DNA of 64,000 nucleotides from Escherichia phage vB_EcoM_LNA1, in sequence record MZ311863.1; one strand, given 5' to 3'. The notes below the pieces were generated by a model. The model was not told where the DNA came from, ran no database searches, and worked only from the letters and a program-made list of their open reading frames with translations. Position 1 is the stretch's first letter. Each line of letters begins with the position of its first letter. The translations under genes and the position numbers were made by a program. Of the stretch, positions 29,127 through 38,989 are shown in pieces.

Positions 29127-30908
29127 ATGACTAAATCGCTTTACGCAGTACCAGCAGGTTTAAACGCAGATGCTTACAAATCTGGTCATGTTTACCAGTA
29201 CCCTAGTGCAACAGAATACTTGATGTTCAACCTGACACCACGTAGTGACAAATGGTTTAACAGCCCCTTAGCAATTGATGGTGTAGTAGCTTTTGGTATT
29301 CAACGTTTCGTTAAAGATTACCTGATAGACCACTGGAACGCCACTTTCTTTGAACGTGATAAAAAAGAAGCAGTTGACGAAATCTTAGAAGTCATGAATG
29401 GTGTTCTGGGTAAAGATGCTATCGGTCGAGAGCATTGGGAAGCACTTCACGATTTAGGCTATCTACCAGTTGAAGTATACGCTGTAGAAGAAGGTACAGT
29501 TGTTCCTATGCGTGTTCCAATGATTGTCTTCCAGAACACTGTTTCAGGTTTCCATTGGGTAGCAGGTTATCTGGAAGATGCTTTCTCTGCTGAGATTTGG
29601 AAGACTTGCACCATTGCAACTATTGCATTGCACTACAAACGTATCTGTAAGAAGTGGGCTGACCTTACTTGCGACAATGACTTACATTTACCTTATCAGT
29701 GCCATGACTTTGCTATGCGTGGTATGTCCGGCTTTACCGATGACGCATTTAATGCTGTAGGTCACTTAACCAGCTTTAAAGGAACTGATAGCTTCCCTGC
29801 TGTATACACGGCTAAACGCATCTATGGACAGTCTTACCCAATTTCTGATATTGGTAGTTCTGTACCAGCCACTGAACACTCTGTAATGTGTGCAAACATT
29901 GCTTGGGAAGGTGGTAATGAATTGATTGAAGAGGAAAGACGCTTTAAAGGTGAGTTGCAAACCTTCCGTCGTTTCTTAACAGAAACTTACCCAACTGGTA
30001 TTGCAAGTATTGTTTCAGATACTTATAACTTCTGGAGAACTGTGTCAGAAATCTTACCAGCACTTCGTAAAGAAATTATGGAACGTGATGGTAAGCTGGT
30101 AATTCGCCCTGACTCTGGAGACCCTGTACATATTGTCACAGGCTATAAAGCAATCCACTTAGAGTGTGCTAAGAAGACTTATTATGAGCACCTAAGCAAG
30201 CTGGAAGCTAGTGACACAATGTTGAATGCTGTTCTGAACATGAAGCTTGAAAACATCAACTATGGTATTGCTGGATGGCTACTGTCAGAAGGCTACGAAA
30301 TGGTTGTTGACAGAGAAGACTTTGAAGTTGCTGATACAGTGATGTTGAAAAATGCTTATATGGTTGGCTCTGCAAACGTTGTAACACGTCCTGTAGCAGA
30401 GATTGATGGAGCTATTAAGACCCTGTACAACATCTTCGGAGGGACTATTAACTCTAAAGGGTTTAAGGTACTGGATGAGCACATCGGCCTTATCTATGGT
30501 GACTCTATCACGCTGGAACGTGCAAACGAAATCCTGAAGCGTCTGTATGAAATGGGTTTTGCAAGCTCTAACGTAGTGTTTGGTGTAGGCTCTTACACTT
30601 ACCAGTACATGACTCGTGACACCTTTGCATTTGCTGTCAAAGCAACTCTTGCAAGCATTGGTGGTAAAGAGATTATGCTTGCAAAAGACCCTAAAACAGA
30701 TAGTGGTGTTAAGAAATCTGCCTTTGGTGGTGTAGCACCTATGTGGGATGGTGATAAGCTGAAAGCTGTAGATGGCTATGGATTCCAGAGTTTTGCAGAT
30801 GTACTTGACCACCAAGCTTGTGCTTTACGTTTAGTCTTTAGCGACTCTGAGCAGTTCGGTTATACAACTCTTGGAGATATTCGAAATAATATTGACAAGC
30901 AGCTTTAA
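29127..30908 (+). CDS. nadV: nicotinamide phosphoribosyltransferase (NadV-like)
   Basis: 593 aa; directly follows prs; GHLTSFKGTDS and general NAPRTase-family architecture (motif-level call from memory). Confidence 0.6.
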   Translation: MTKSLYAVPAGLNADAYKSGHVYQYPSATEYLMFNLTPRSDKWFNSPLAIDGVVAFGIQRFVKDYLIDHWNATFFERDKKEAVDEILEVMNGVLGKDAIGREHWEALHDLGYLPVEVYAVEEGTVVPMRVPMIVFQNTVSGFHWVAGYLEDAFSAEIWKTCTIATIALHYKRICKKWADLTCDNDLHLPYQCHDFAMRGMSGFTDDAFNAVGHLTSFKGTDSFPAVYTAKRIYGQSYPISDIGSSVPATEHSVMCANIAWEGGNELIEEERRFKGELQTFRRFLTETYPTGIASIVSDTYNFWRTVSEILPALRKEIMERDGKLVIRPDSGDPVHIVTGYKAIHLECAKKTYYEHLSKLEASDTMLNAVLNMKLENINYGIAGWLLSEGYEMVVDREDFEVADTVMLKNAYMVGSANVVTRPVAEIDGAIKTLYNIFGGTINSKGFKVLDEHIGLIYGDSITLERANEILKRLYEMGFASSNVVFGVGSYTYQYMTRDTFAFAVKATLASIGGKEIMLAKDPKTDSGVKKSAFGGVAPMWDGDKLKAVDGYGFQSFADVLDHQACALRLVFSDSEQFGYTTLGDIRNNIDKQL

Positions 30909-30922
30909 AAGTATATGATAAG

Positions 30923-30945
30923 AGGCTCCTACGGGAGCCTTTTTA
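30923..30945 (+). terminator. intrinsic terminator
   Basis: gaggctccTACGggagcctc hairpin plus tttt. Confidence 0.55.
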
Positions 30946-30961
30946 ATTTCTGGAGAAGATT

Positions 30962-31297
30962 ATGAAAATCAAAGAAATGAACATTAACGTTGTCCTAGAA
31001 GAACGTTGGGAGAACATTAAGAAACCTGAAGATGGTAAAAAGTTCCTTAACAAAATTTTAGTAGCAGCTAAAGAAGAACTGACTGGCAAGATTGCAGCAG
31101 CAATCACAATAAAAATCTGTGTAAAAGGTCTTCCACAACATCACCAATTTGCACTTGACGAGTTTAAAGAAAGCTTCTACAATCCAAACAAACAGATGCT
31201 TGAAAGTAACTTTGCAGTGTCTACAAGTATCGTCCATGACAGAAGCTTTATCCTTTACAAGAATATGAGAGGTGAGTCATGCAAGCATATTGGATAG
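30962..31297 (+). CDS. hypothetical protein
   Basis: 111-aa ORF. Confidence 0.3.
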   Translation: MKIKEMNINVVLEERWENIKKPEDGKKFLNKILVAAKEELTGKIAAAITIKICVKGLPQHHQFALDEFKESFYNPNKQMLESNFAVSTSIVHDRSFILYKNMRGESCKHIG

Positions 31298-31483
31298 AAA
31301 TTTTACTGTCACTTGGTAGTGTAGCAGTATTTGTTTACCTTCTTTGCAAGTACTATGCAGAGCACAAGAAGTGTGATTACTGCAACGGGGAAGGGTACAC
31401 AAGAGCAGGTTGTTGCCCTATTTGTGGTGGTTCTGGTAAAATGTTTAATAAGTAATTTAACAGTAAACTAAGAGGAAAGTATT

Positions 31484-33850
31484 ATGCGCATGGTAAATGA
31501 CCACGCAGAAGTGATTAAGAGTTCAACTTCTTTAGAGACGTCTCAAGCACAGATTACAATGACACCTGAGATGTTCAGCCTTTTGAGTTCAGGTGTATAC
31601 ACATTCAAAGAAAGGGCAGTGATTCGTGAACTGTCATGTAACGCAGTAGATGCTCAAAAAGAAGCTGGAAAAGAGAACATCCCATTCCATGTGCATTTAC
31701 CTACTCGATTTGAGCCTTACTTTGAAGTCCGTGACTTTGGAACTGGTTTAACCCATGATAAAGTAATGAGTTTGTATCTGAACTATGGGGCTTCTACGAA
31801 GAATGACTCCAATGATTACATTGGTGCAATGGGTATCGGCTCAAAATCCCCATTTGCAATTGCTCAGTCATTCACAGTATCTAGCTATGTTGATGGTGTT
31901 GTTAATAAGTACTCTGTTTACCTTGAGAATGGTATCCCTCAAGTAACTAAGCTTACTACCAACCCAACAAATGAACCCAATGGTTTAGCTGTACGTGTGG
32001 CAGTTGCTGACCATCGTATTTCAAAGTTCTTTGAAGAGGCTGGTCACGTATACTCATACTTTGCTGTAAAACCAGAAAGTAACATTGTATATGATGATGT
32101 ATTAGCAGATATGAATGTCATTGCCCGTGAAGAGGGTGTTTATGATGCTATGATTCATAAGCAAAGCTGGCGTTCTAGTGGCAACAGGACAGAGTTTAAT
32201 GTGGTGATGGGTAATATTGCCTACCCAGTGAACATGGAAGCATTACTTGGTGATGATTTCTTCAAAGTCTTGCCAGAGTTTTTCCGTAGGAGCGTAGACC
32301 TTGTAAACATCTACATGCCTATTGGTTCAGTTGCTATTGCAGCTTCTCGTGAAGCATTGCAGATGAATGACACGACAAAAAATGTTATCATTGAGGCTAC
32401 TAAAAAGATAACTGAAGCCATTACAAAGGATGTTATCAAGAAAGTTAATAGCCAACCTACACTCATGGATGCTGCACAGGCCTATGCTGAGTTACGTTTG
32501 AACTCACGAGAGATGTTTAATGCTGTGTGTCCAAAGCTAGAGTGGGGTGGCGTTAAGCTTGATTCTCTGGAAGAAGAATTGCTAAACATTCGTCGTGGAA
32601 TTATCTACGCAGAAGACGGCTCAGTCATTTACGAACGTGACGGTAAAGGTAATATTAAGGTTGATAGGAACGGGAACAATATCCCTAAAGTAGATTATCT
32701 TTATGACCCAGTTGCTTATGTCAAGTTTAACTCTTTAGAGAGTAAGATTCGTGCAACAGCACTATCCTACACTCAAGAGGCGAGCATGTTCAACATCTTT
32801 GGTGCAATGCGCAAAAGCCAGATTGGACAGTTTTTGTTCGTGATTAATGACCGCCGAAATAAAAATGGCACTGAGAAGACTGTTGGGCGTAACCAAATCT
32901 TGCGTGGTGCATGTCGAGACTATGCAAGTGAGTCTAGTCTGTTTCACAGATACAATGGTATTGTCTTTGTATTCTCGACTGAAAAAGAGTTAGATGACTT
33001 AATCAATCTGCACAAACTTGATAAAAGCTTGCTAAAGATTGTGAAAATGTCTGATAAGGAACACCATTACCAGCGTAAAGAAGCTGTAAGAGGTGTTGTA
33101 AAACTCTGGAAAGCTGTTCCAGCAGAAGGTGTAGCCTCCTACAAAGAGGTGTCAGAGGACTTAGACACAATTGAAGAACCTCAGCTTTACATTAAGGCAA
33201 TTGGTGACACAGTTGATGGCGAATGTTTTTGCTCATCTCCAGAAGATGTAGCTAAGTCAGTTGCCAATGTCATTGAAAAGACAGTCTATGTTTTCCGAAA
33301 AGCAAATTGGAAAAAGATACCAGAAGACTGGATTGAAGTAGATGAGAAGCTCTTGAGCAACAGCTTAACTAATGTTCACTGGATTAATCATAACAGGTAT
33401 ATGACACGTATCTATATGAATGGTGTCCTAGACCTGACAAGCAGTTGGATTATTGCCAGAAACTTTACGTTCAATAACAGGAAGATTTCTCGTGGCTATT
33501 GCTATTCACGGGATACAAACAAAACTATCTTCCTAGAAGGTAATGAAGAGGCTGTAGAGGCAATGTTTGGTAAAATCCAGTATGTTGCTGCACCATTTGC
33601 ATACACTTACACTATTAGTGTGTTGAAAACTTTGAAAGATTGTCTTGACAACGATACAAAGCTTTACAAGAAAATTAAGAAAGCTGGTGACCGTATGGTT
33701 ATTAAGGTGACAAACTACCTTTCAAAAAGAAAACAAGAAAACTTCTTGCTTTCCCATTTAGATTGGAATAAAGTGTCACCCATCGAAGTGAGTAAGTTCT
33801 TAGGTTTTGATGTGAAGTGTGTTCCAGAAGGAACTACAGTTTACGATTAA
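31484..33850 (+). CDS. rIIA-like protein with GHKL-type ATPase domain
   Basis: 788 aa; N-box RELSCNAVDA, G1 VRDFGTGL, G2 GAMGIGSKSPF (Bergerat fold); size and pairing with downstream gene resemble T4 rIIA. Confidence 0.5.
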   Translation: MRMVNDHAEVIKSSTSLETSQAQITMTPEMFSLLSSGVYTFKERAVIRELSCNAVDAQKEAGKENIPFHVHLPTRFEPYFEVRDFGTGLTHDKVMSLYLNYGASTKNDSNDYIGAMGIGSKSPFAIAQSFTVSSYVDGVVNKYSVYLENGIPQVTKLTTNPTNEPNGLAVRVAVADHRISKFFEEAGHVYSYFAVKPESNIVYDDVLADMNVIAREEGVYDAMIHKQSWRSSGNRTEFNVVMGNIAYPVNMEALLGDDFFKVLPEFFRRSVDLVNIYMPIGSVAIAASREALQMNDTTKNVIIEATKKITEAITKDVIKKVNSQPTLMDAAQAYAELRLNSREMFNAVCPKLEWGGVKLDSLEEELLNIRRGIIYAEDGSVIYERDGKGNIKVDRNGNNIPKVDYLYDPVAYVKFNSLESKIRATALSYTQEASMFNIFGAMRKSQIGQFLFVINDRRNKNGTEKTVGRNQILRGACRDYASESSLFHRYNGIVFVFSTEKELDDLINLHKLDKSLLKIVKMSDKEHHYQRKEAVRGVVKLWKAVPAEGVASYKEVSEDLDTIEEPQLYIKAIGDTVDGECFCSSPEDVAKSVANVIEKTVYVFRKANWKKIPEDWIEVDEKLLSNSLTNVHWINHNRYMTRIYMNGVLDLTSSWIIARNFTFNNRKISRGYCYSRDTNKTIFLEGNEEAVEAMFGKIQYVAAPFAYTYTISVLKTLKDCLDNDTKLYKKIKKAGDRMVIKVTNYLSKRKQENFLLSHLDWNKVSPIEVSKFLGFDVKCVPEGTTVYD

Positions 33851-33855
33851 AGTGT

Positions 33856-33885
33856 TTGACAAGGGGCTTCAAAGCCCCTTAGAAT
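33856..33885 (+). promoter_or_regulatory. sigma70-like promoter with hairpin in spacer
   Basis: TTGACA-18 nt-TAGAAT; spacer contains ggggcttcaaagcccc. Confidence 0.45.
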
Positions 33886-33929
33886 ATCCTTACAAAATGA
33901 TTTATTAACTAACAAGAGAGAGTAATAAG

Positions 33930-35039
33930 ATGACTACTAAAACTAAAGCACAGATTGACGCAGAAATTTACAAACTGGTTAAAGAGGGTAAGCTGACTAA
34001 AACAGCTATTGCACAGAAATTTAACACTTCAACCCGTTCAGTTGGTCGTGCTGTAGAGCGTCATGAAGCAACCTTAAAAGGTAAGAAAAAGGTAGCTTCT
34101 AAACCAGCTACGAAGACTTTGAAGCAAGTTGCTAAGTCAGTTAAAAAGAAAGCTGGAAAATCAGTTGAAAAGGTTGTTAAAGAGCCTGTACAGAAGGCTC
34201 CGGTAAATAAACTACACGAAGCTATGCAGAATGGTAACCAGATTGAGTATATGATTACTGGCGATTCTGTTATCATGACTTTCGGTGCAGATTCTGAAAT
34301 CGTTGAGTCTACCCATCCGAACTACAAAGAAATCGTAATGGCTGTTGTAGGCGGTGAGTATAAGAAAGCTTTCGAACTGATGAACATTCGTAAGTCTATC
34401 GAAAACTTCACTCAGGGTGCTATCACCATCAAAGGTGACAAGTTATTCTACGGTGCTGTTGAGATGCGTTCTACTCTGGTTGACCGTATTCTTCACATGA
34501 TGAAGACTGGAGATAAAGGTTTCGAACGCCTTGTGATGTTCTTCGAAAAACTGATGGAAAACCCATCTAAAGATTCCGTAGAACAACTTTGGGGCTTCGT
34601 ATCTCACCTTGATGTTGAAATTGATGAAGAAGGCTACATCATTGGTTGGAAGAAAGTCTCTACTCGTGAAGGAAAGCTGGTTGACTCCCACACCTACAGA
34701 GTACCTAATGATTTGGGTAACATTGTAGAAATGCCACGTTGGATGGTTGATAATAACCGTAACGTGACTTGCTCTCAAGGTCTTCACGTTGGTGCTTGGG
34801 ATTATGTTCGTTGCTTCTCAGGTGATACAATCCTGAAGGTTCGTGTCCACCCACGAGATGTTGTATCTGTTCCAACTGATTACAACGATATGAAGATGCG
34901 TTCATCTCGTTATGAAGTTGCAGCAATCGTTGATAACCAACGTAAAGTGCTGAAAGAATGGGATGGCAAGACTGAAGCTTTGCATGTCATCGTTGGCACT
35001 GCTGGAGAACTTATCTCTCAGCGTAAACGTGAAATCTAA
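33930..35039 (+). CDS. rIIB-like protein
   Basis: 369 aa; N-terminal HTH-like TAIAQKFNTSTRSVGRAVER; immediately downstream of rIIA-like gene. Confidence 0.4.
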   Translation: MTTKTKAQIDAEIYKLVKEGKLTKTAIAQKFNTSTRSVGRAVERHEATLKGKKKVASKPATKTLKQVAKSVKKKAGKSVEKVVKEPVQKAPVNKLHEAMQNGNQIEYMITGDSVIMTFGADSEIVESTHPNYKEIVMAVVGGEYKKAFELMNIRKSIENFTQGAITIKGDKLFYGAVEMRSTLVDRILHMMKTGDKGFERLVMFFEKLMENPSKDSVEQLWGFVSHLDVEIDEEGYIIGWKKVSTREGKLVDSHTYRVPNDLGNIVEMPRWMVDNNRNVTCSQGLHVGAWDYVRCFSGDTILKVRVHPRDVVSVPTDYNDMKMRSSRYEVAAIVDNQRKVLKEWDGKTEALHVIVGTAGELISQRKREI

Positions 35040-35055
35040 TAAGTAATTTCTTAAA

Positions 35056-35078
35056 AGGCTGCTTCGGCGGCCTTTTTT
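35056..35078 (+). terminator. intrinsic terminator
   Basis: aggctgcTTCGgcggcct hairpin plus tttttt. Confidence 0.55.
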
Positions 35079-35139
35079 ATTTGTATTTTGTGCAGAGTGC
35101 TGTATAATTGTTGTCACGATAAACTAAACAGGAGAACCA

Positions 35140-35688
35140 ATGAAGAATTTGATTCTAGGTTTGTGCTTAATGTTTACAGCACACTTATCTTATGCAGTTG
35201 ACTGCCCAGAGCTATCAATTAGCCAAAAAGTAAACATGTTAAAAGCTTACCAGTATGGTGAGAATAATATGGGTAAAGGTTGGGGTATCACTCTAGCTGC
35301 TATAGCCTTACAAGAGTCAGAGTTAGGTCTGAAGGTAGAGAATAAAAAGACCCATGACTATGGTATTTTCCAGAATCACTTGAAGACTGTTGTAAAGCGT
35401 AACAAAATCAGCCCTAATGTGGCTAAAAAGAAACTCTTAAAAGACTTTGACTATGCTGCAAAAGAAACACACAAAGAGCTTGAGTTTTGGACGAAGGTGC
35501 ATGGTCACCCAAAGTCAAAGAAGGCTTTACAAAAAGTTTTAGCGTCATATAATGCTGGGTATTCGTACAAAATCCCTAAAGCTAAGAAATACTCTCAAGA
35601 TGTCTATAACAATATGAAAGTTATCGCTCAATGTGAATTTGCAACAAACATTTCTAAGGTAAATCATGAAAAAATTAAGAAAGTTTGA
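35140..35688 (+). CDS. secreted lytic transglycosylase-like (SLT/lysozyme-like) protein
   Basis: 182 aa; signal peptide MKNLILGLCLMFTAHLSYA; QESELG...YGIFQN resembles SLT catalytic Glu region. Confidence 0.45.
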   Translation: MKNLILGLCLMFTAHLSYAVDCPELSISQKVNMLKAYQYGENNMGKGWGITLAAIALQESELGLKVENKKTHDYGIFQNHLKTVVKRNKISPNVAKKKLLKDFDYAAKETHKELEFWTKVHGHPKSKKALQKVLASYNAGYSYKIPKAKKYSQDVYNNMKVIAQCEFATNISKVNHEKIKKV

Positions 35689-36361
35689 CGAAGTGCTGTG
35701 TCATGCTTATGACTTACATCCCCATGAATTAGGTATTGATACTGACATATGGACTCCAGAGCAGTGTAGAGACTTTGAAGATACTGCAAGGGAGGTTGTA
35801 TGCTCACTTGAAGAGTTCCACACACCGGAGCCAATTGTGAATGCTGTCGATAAAGAGACTGGGAAAGCCATAGGTGTAAGACGTGATAGCCTAGTCATAG
35901 TCAATAAAGACCTTGTAGAGAAAGGAAATCTTATCCTAGCAGATATTGATGGTGTTCTAACATATTTTAATCACGAAGCTTACTCAGCAGAGTTGACTGA
36001 TGGGTCATTTTCACAGTACACCAACTTACTTGATGCTGTAAGAGCAAAACCAACATATGTTTTCCACATCATTGATGCAATTGCAAATCATGCAGCAGTT
36101 GGGTTCTTGACAGCAAGAGGTGAGACTCAGAGAATACCTACTGAGATGTTTTTAAGACACAATATAGAACATGATTACTTGCTTTTTATGCGTGGCTTTG
36201 GAACAAATTCTCTAAGTGCAGAAAGTTTAAAGGTTAGGATGATTCAGTCTTGCATTCTTCCTTATTTTAATATAGTATGCTTTATAGAAGATACAGAGAA
36301 GAATGTGCAGAAGGTGAACAGAATCCTTCCACACATCAAAACCATGTTAGTTAAACATTGA
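35666..36361 (+). CDS. HAD-superfamily phosphatase (possible 5'-deoxynucleotidase)
   Basis: 231 aa; LADIDGVLT matches HAD motif I DxDGT. Confidence 0.45.
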   Translation: MKKLRKFDEVLCHAYDLHPHELGIDTDIWTPEQCRDFEDTAREVVCSLEEFHTPEPIVNAVDKETGKAIGVRRDSLVIVNKDLVEKGNLILADIDGVLTYFNHEAYSAELTDGSFSQYTNLLDAVRAKPTYVFHIIDAIANHAAVGFLTARGETQRIPTEMFLRHNIEHDYLLFMRGFGTNSLSAESLKVRMIQSCILPYFNIVCFIEDTEKNVQKVNRILPHIKTMLVKH

Positions 36362-36371
36362 GAGAAAACTT

Positions 36372-36836
36372 ATGAACAATATCATTACGGTAGCACTGGA
36401 CGTTACGGCAAACAAATCTGAAGTAGTTCGTAACATTATCAAGAACAACTTTGAGGGTAAAATCTTCCGTGCTGTCAACGTAAAAGCAGATGGTAACATT
36501 CGAGAGTATCGCGCTCTTTTGAATGTTAAGAAACACGTAAAAGGTTCTGGCTCAACGACAGCACACAAAGAAAACCTGATGACTATCTATGATATGGGGA
36601 TGGCTTCAGAATTAGGTGCTGAAGGTATTGTTAAAGAAGGTGCTCCGTATCGCTCTTTCAATCTGGAAACTGCTCTCATGCTTTCCTTTACAAGTGGTTC
36701 TAAAACAACTACTTATCTCTTTACTGATGCTGCAACGGTATCTGCTATCAAGGATAGCACCGTCAAAGCTGGGGTAGCTGCTGCTGCAAAAGCTTCTTCG
36801 ATGGCTGCAAATGTCCTTGCTAAAGTCCTCGGTTAA
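36372..36836 (+). CDS. hypothetical protein
   Basis: 154-aa ORF. Confidence 0.35.
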   Translation: MNNIITVALDVTANKSEVVRNIIKNNFEGKIFRAVNVKADGNIREYRALLNVKKHVKGSGSTTAHKENLMTIYDMGMASELGAEGIVKEGAPYRSFNLETALMLSFTSGSKTTTYLFTDAATVSAIKDSTVKAGVAAAAKASSMAANVLAKVLG

Positions 36837-36846
36837 GGTTAAGATA

Positions 36847-36870
36847 CAGGCTCCTTCGGGAGCCTTTTTA
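36847..36870 (+). terminator. intrinsic terminator
   Basis: caggctccTTCGggagcct hairpin plus ttttt. Confidence 0.6.
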
Positions 36871-36886
36871 AATTCAAGGAGTATTA

Positions 36887-37771
36887 ATGAAACCAATGTT
36901 TAAGTATCTTGGTGGTAAAACAAGAATACTGAAAGAATATGAGCGTTTAGGTGTCTTTCCAGACAAATGTGAAAACTTCTATGACCTGTTTTCAGGTGGT
37001 GGTTCAGTAGCTATTTGGGCTTATAACAGATACCCAGAGGCAAAAGTGTTTATTAATGAGATAAATAAACATATTATAGGTCTTTACACAACTTTCAGAG
37101 ATGACTATGAAAACTTCATGGAAGAATTTGAGTACCTGTCAAAAAGGTACTTAGCCTTACCTATGCAGGAAGAGTATGCCGTGAAAGGCCAGCGTCATAA
37201 CCGTCTACGCTATAAAATGTATTACAGTGTAAGAGAGGAACTTCTTTTGCTTGGTGAAGAAGGAGCATATGACTACAGGTACTATGCCAGACAGTTTTTC
37301 CTTCAAAAACTAAGTTTTGGTGGTGTATGGCAGACTACTAAAGAGATGAAAGGTCACTATGCAACACCTTGCGGGTATTTGCTGGAAGAAGAGATTTTCT
37401 TCACAAAAACTAAGAAGTCACTGTCTGAGTTCTACAGTTTTATCACTGATGAGAGGGTGATACTTAGCAGTGAACCTTATAACAGGGTTGACATAAAACA
37501 TGGAGAAGGCACAGTTATCTACTGTGACCCCCCGTATATCAACACCAACCAGAAATATGGTGCAAAGTTTGACATTGAGATGTCTGTAAAATTATGCGAA
37601 GATATGATTTCTTGGGGGGAGTTAGGCTCTAAAGTTTTGATGTCAAACTCTCAGTGGGATGGATGGGCAAACCTAATTCCTGAAAATTTTAACTTGACAG
37701 AGGTTAGCCATTCATACACAATACATGCACAGAGAAGCAAAGATATTAACGAAGTAATTATTCACAACTAA
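36887..37771 (+). CDS. dam: DNA adenine methyltransferase (Dam-like, N6-A)
   Basis: 294 aa; N-terminal FKYLGGK and catalytic DPPY in VIYCDPPYINT. Confidence 0.75.
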   Translation: MKPMFKYLGGKTRILKEYERLGVFPDKCENFYDLFSGGGSVAIWAYNRYPEAKVFINEINKHIIGLYTTFRDDYENFMEEFEYLSKRYLALPMQEEYAVKGQRHNRLRYKMYYSVREELLLLGEEGAYDYRYYARQFFLQKLSFGGVWQTTKEMKGHYATPCGYLLEEEIFFTKTKKSLSEFYSFITDERVILSSEPYNRVDIKHGEGTVIYCDPPYINTNQKYGAKFDIEMSVKLCEDMISWGELGSKVLMSNSQWDGWANLIPENFNLTEVSHSYTIHAQRSKDINEVIIHN

Positions 37772-37782
37772 GGTATCAAGTT

Positions 37783-38595
37783 ATGGCAAACAGCATCAAT
37801 GTAGCACTGAATGGCAAGGTTGTTAAAATTCACACTAAGATTATCAGTGTCGAGGATTTTCTTAATGAAAAACGTTACAAAGAAAACCCTCGTCAACGAA
37901 ATACACTTAAGCGTCTGAAAAGCAAACACCTTAATGGTGACGTATCACCAGACCAAACAGTAGTCCATGTGGCTAAGTTCGGGAGTTCACTGTTCATCAT
38001 TGATGGGCACTCACGTAGAGAGGCATGGAAAGTTGGTAACCTGACACGACCAGAAAACTTGATTGCAGTTATATACCATGTGAACTCTATATTGGATGTC
38101 ACAGATTTGTATACACATTTTGACTCTGAGTTAGCAAGAGAGAAGCCTTCAGAAGTTTATTACGGAAATATGAAGATGATTTCTTTCAACCCAGAGTCAG
38201 AACTGATGAAAGCATCTTGGGCAACTGCTATTAAATATGTTGCTGCATACTACGGTGTACAACAGGTCTCTAACACTGAAACAGTTAAATATCTTAATGA
38301 CTTTAAAAATGAGCTGGAACAAATTGATTCTCTTGAAGTACAGCTTAAAGGTGTAGTAAACGCAAAACGGAAATATTCTTCTGGGATTCGTGCAGCAATG
38401 TTAATTACACTACGCCTATATGGTGATGCTGCATTTTCCTTTTGGGAAGACTATAATGATTACTGTGAAGGTATGTCTAACAAATATGTTACAGAGGTAT
38501 ACCAACTGGCATTACAAGCTGGTCGCGGAGCACAGGCTGATAAGTTGTTGATGAATCAAGCGATTTCACTTGTCAACTATTACAGTCAAGAATAA
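37783..38595 (+). CDS. hypothetical protein, possible ParB/DGQHR-like nuclease domain
   Basis: 270 aa; FIIDGHSRREAW resembles DGQHR/ParB N-terminal motif; weak. Confidence 0.3.
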   Translation: MANSINVALNGKVVKIHTKIISVEDFLNEKRYKENPRQRNTLKRLKSKHLNGDVSPDQTVVHVAKFGSSLFIIDGHSRREAWKVGNLTRPENLIAVIYHVNSILDVTDLYTHFDSELAREKPSEVYYGNMKMISFNPESELMKASWATAIKYVAAYYGVQQVSNTETVKYLNDFKNELEQIDSLEVQLKGVVNAKRKYSSGIRAAMLITLRLYGDAAFSFWEDYNDYCEGMSNKYVTEVYQLALQAGRGAQADKLLMNQAISLVNYYSQE

Positions 38596-38599
38596 TACA

Positions 38600-38622
38600 C
38601 AGGCTCCTTCGGGAGCCTTTTT
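38600..38622 (+). terminator. intrinsic terminator
   Basis: caggctccTTCGggagcct hairpin plus ttttt; near-identical copy of the 36847 terminator. Confidence 0.6.
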
Positions 38623-38641
38623 CATTTCAGGAGATTGTTAA

Positions 38642-38989
38642 ATGACATTTAAAGAGTTCTGTCAAGCTACTTTCATAATTGTTTTCTTAGTTGGGGCAGG
38701 TGTCTGGGGAGGATACTCTTATAGAGACTACCAAGTTGCTGAAGCTGAGCTAAATAATGAGAAACTGATAAGTGTTGCTAAAGATGCTTATCAGGAAGGT
38801 TTAGTCACACTCAGCACTAATTACAAAAATGATTTGAAAGATGTGCTTGCTAAGAATAAGCATACAAAAGAGGTATTAACATATGAAAAAACTAAGCCAG
38901 AGTTTTATAATGTTTGTGTTACTGATAACTATGTCAGGGTGTTCAACGAACAAAGTGAACAGTACATTCAAAAACTCCCAAGTAAGTGA
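38642..38989 (+). CDS. putative i-spanin (Rz-like)
   Basis: 115 aa; N-terminal TM helix ATFIIVFLVGAGVWGGY then coiled-coil-like region; overlapped by lipoprotein ORF. Confidence 0.4.
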   Translation: MTFKEFCQATFIIVFLVGAGVWGGYSYRDYQVAEAELNNEKLISVAKDAYQEGLVTLSTNYKNDLKDVLAKNKHTKEVLTYEKTKPEFYNVCVTDNYVRVFNEQSEQYIQKLPSK

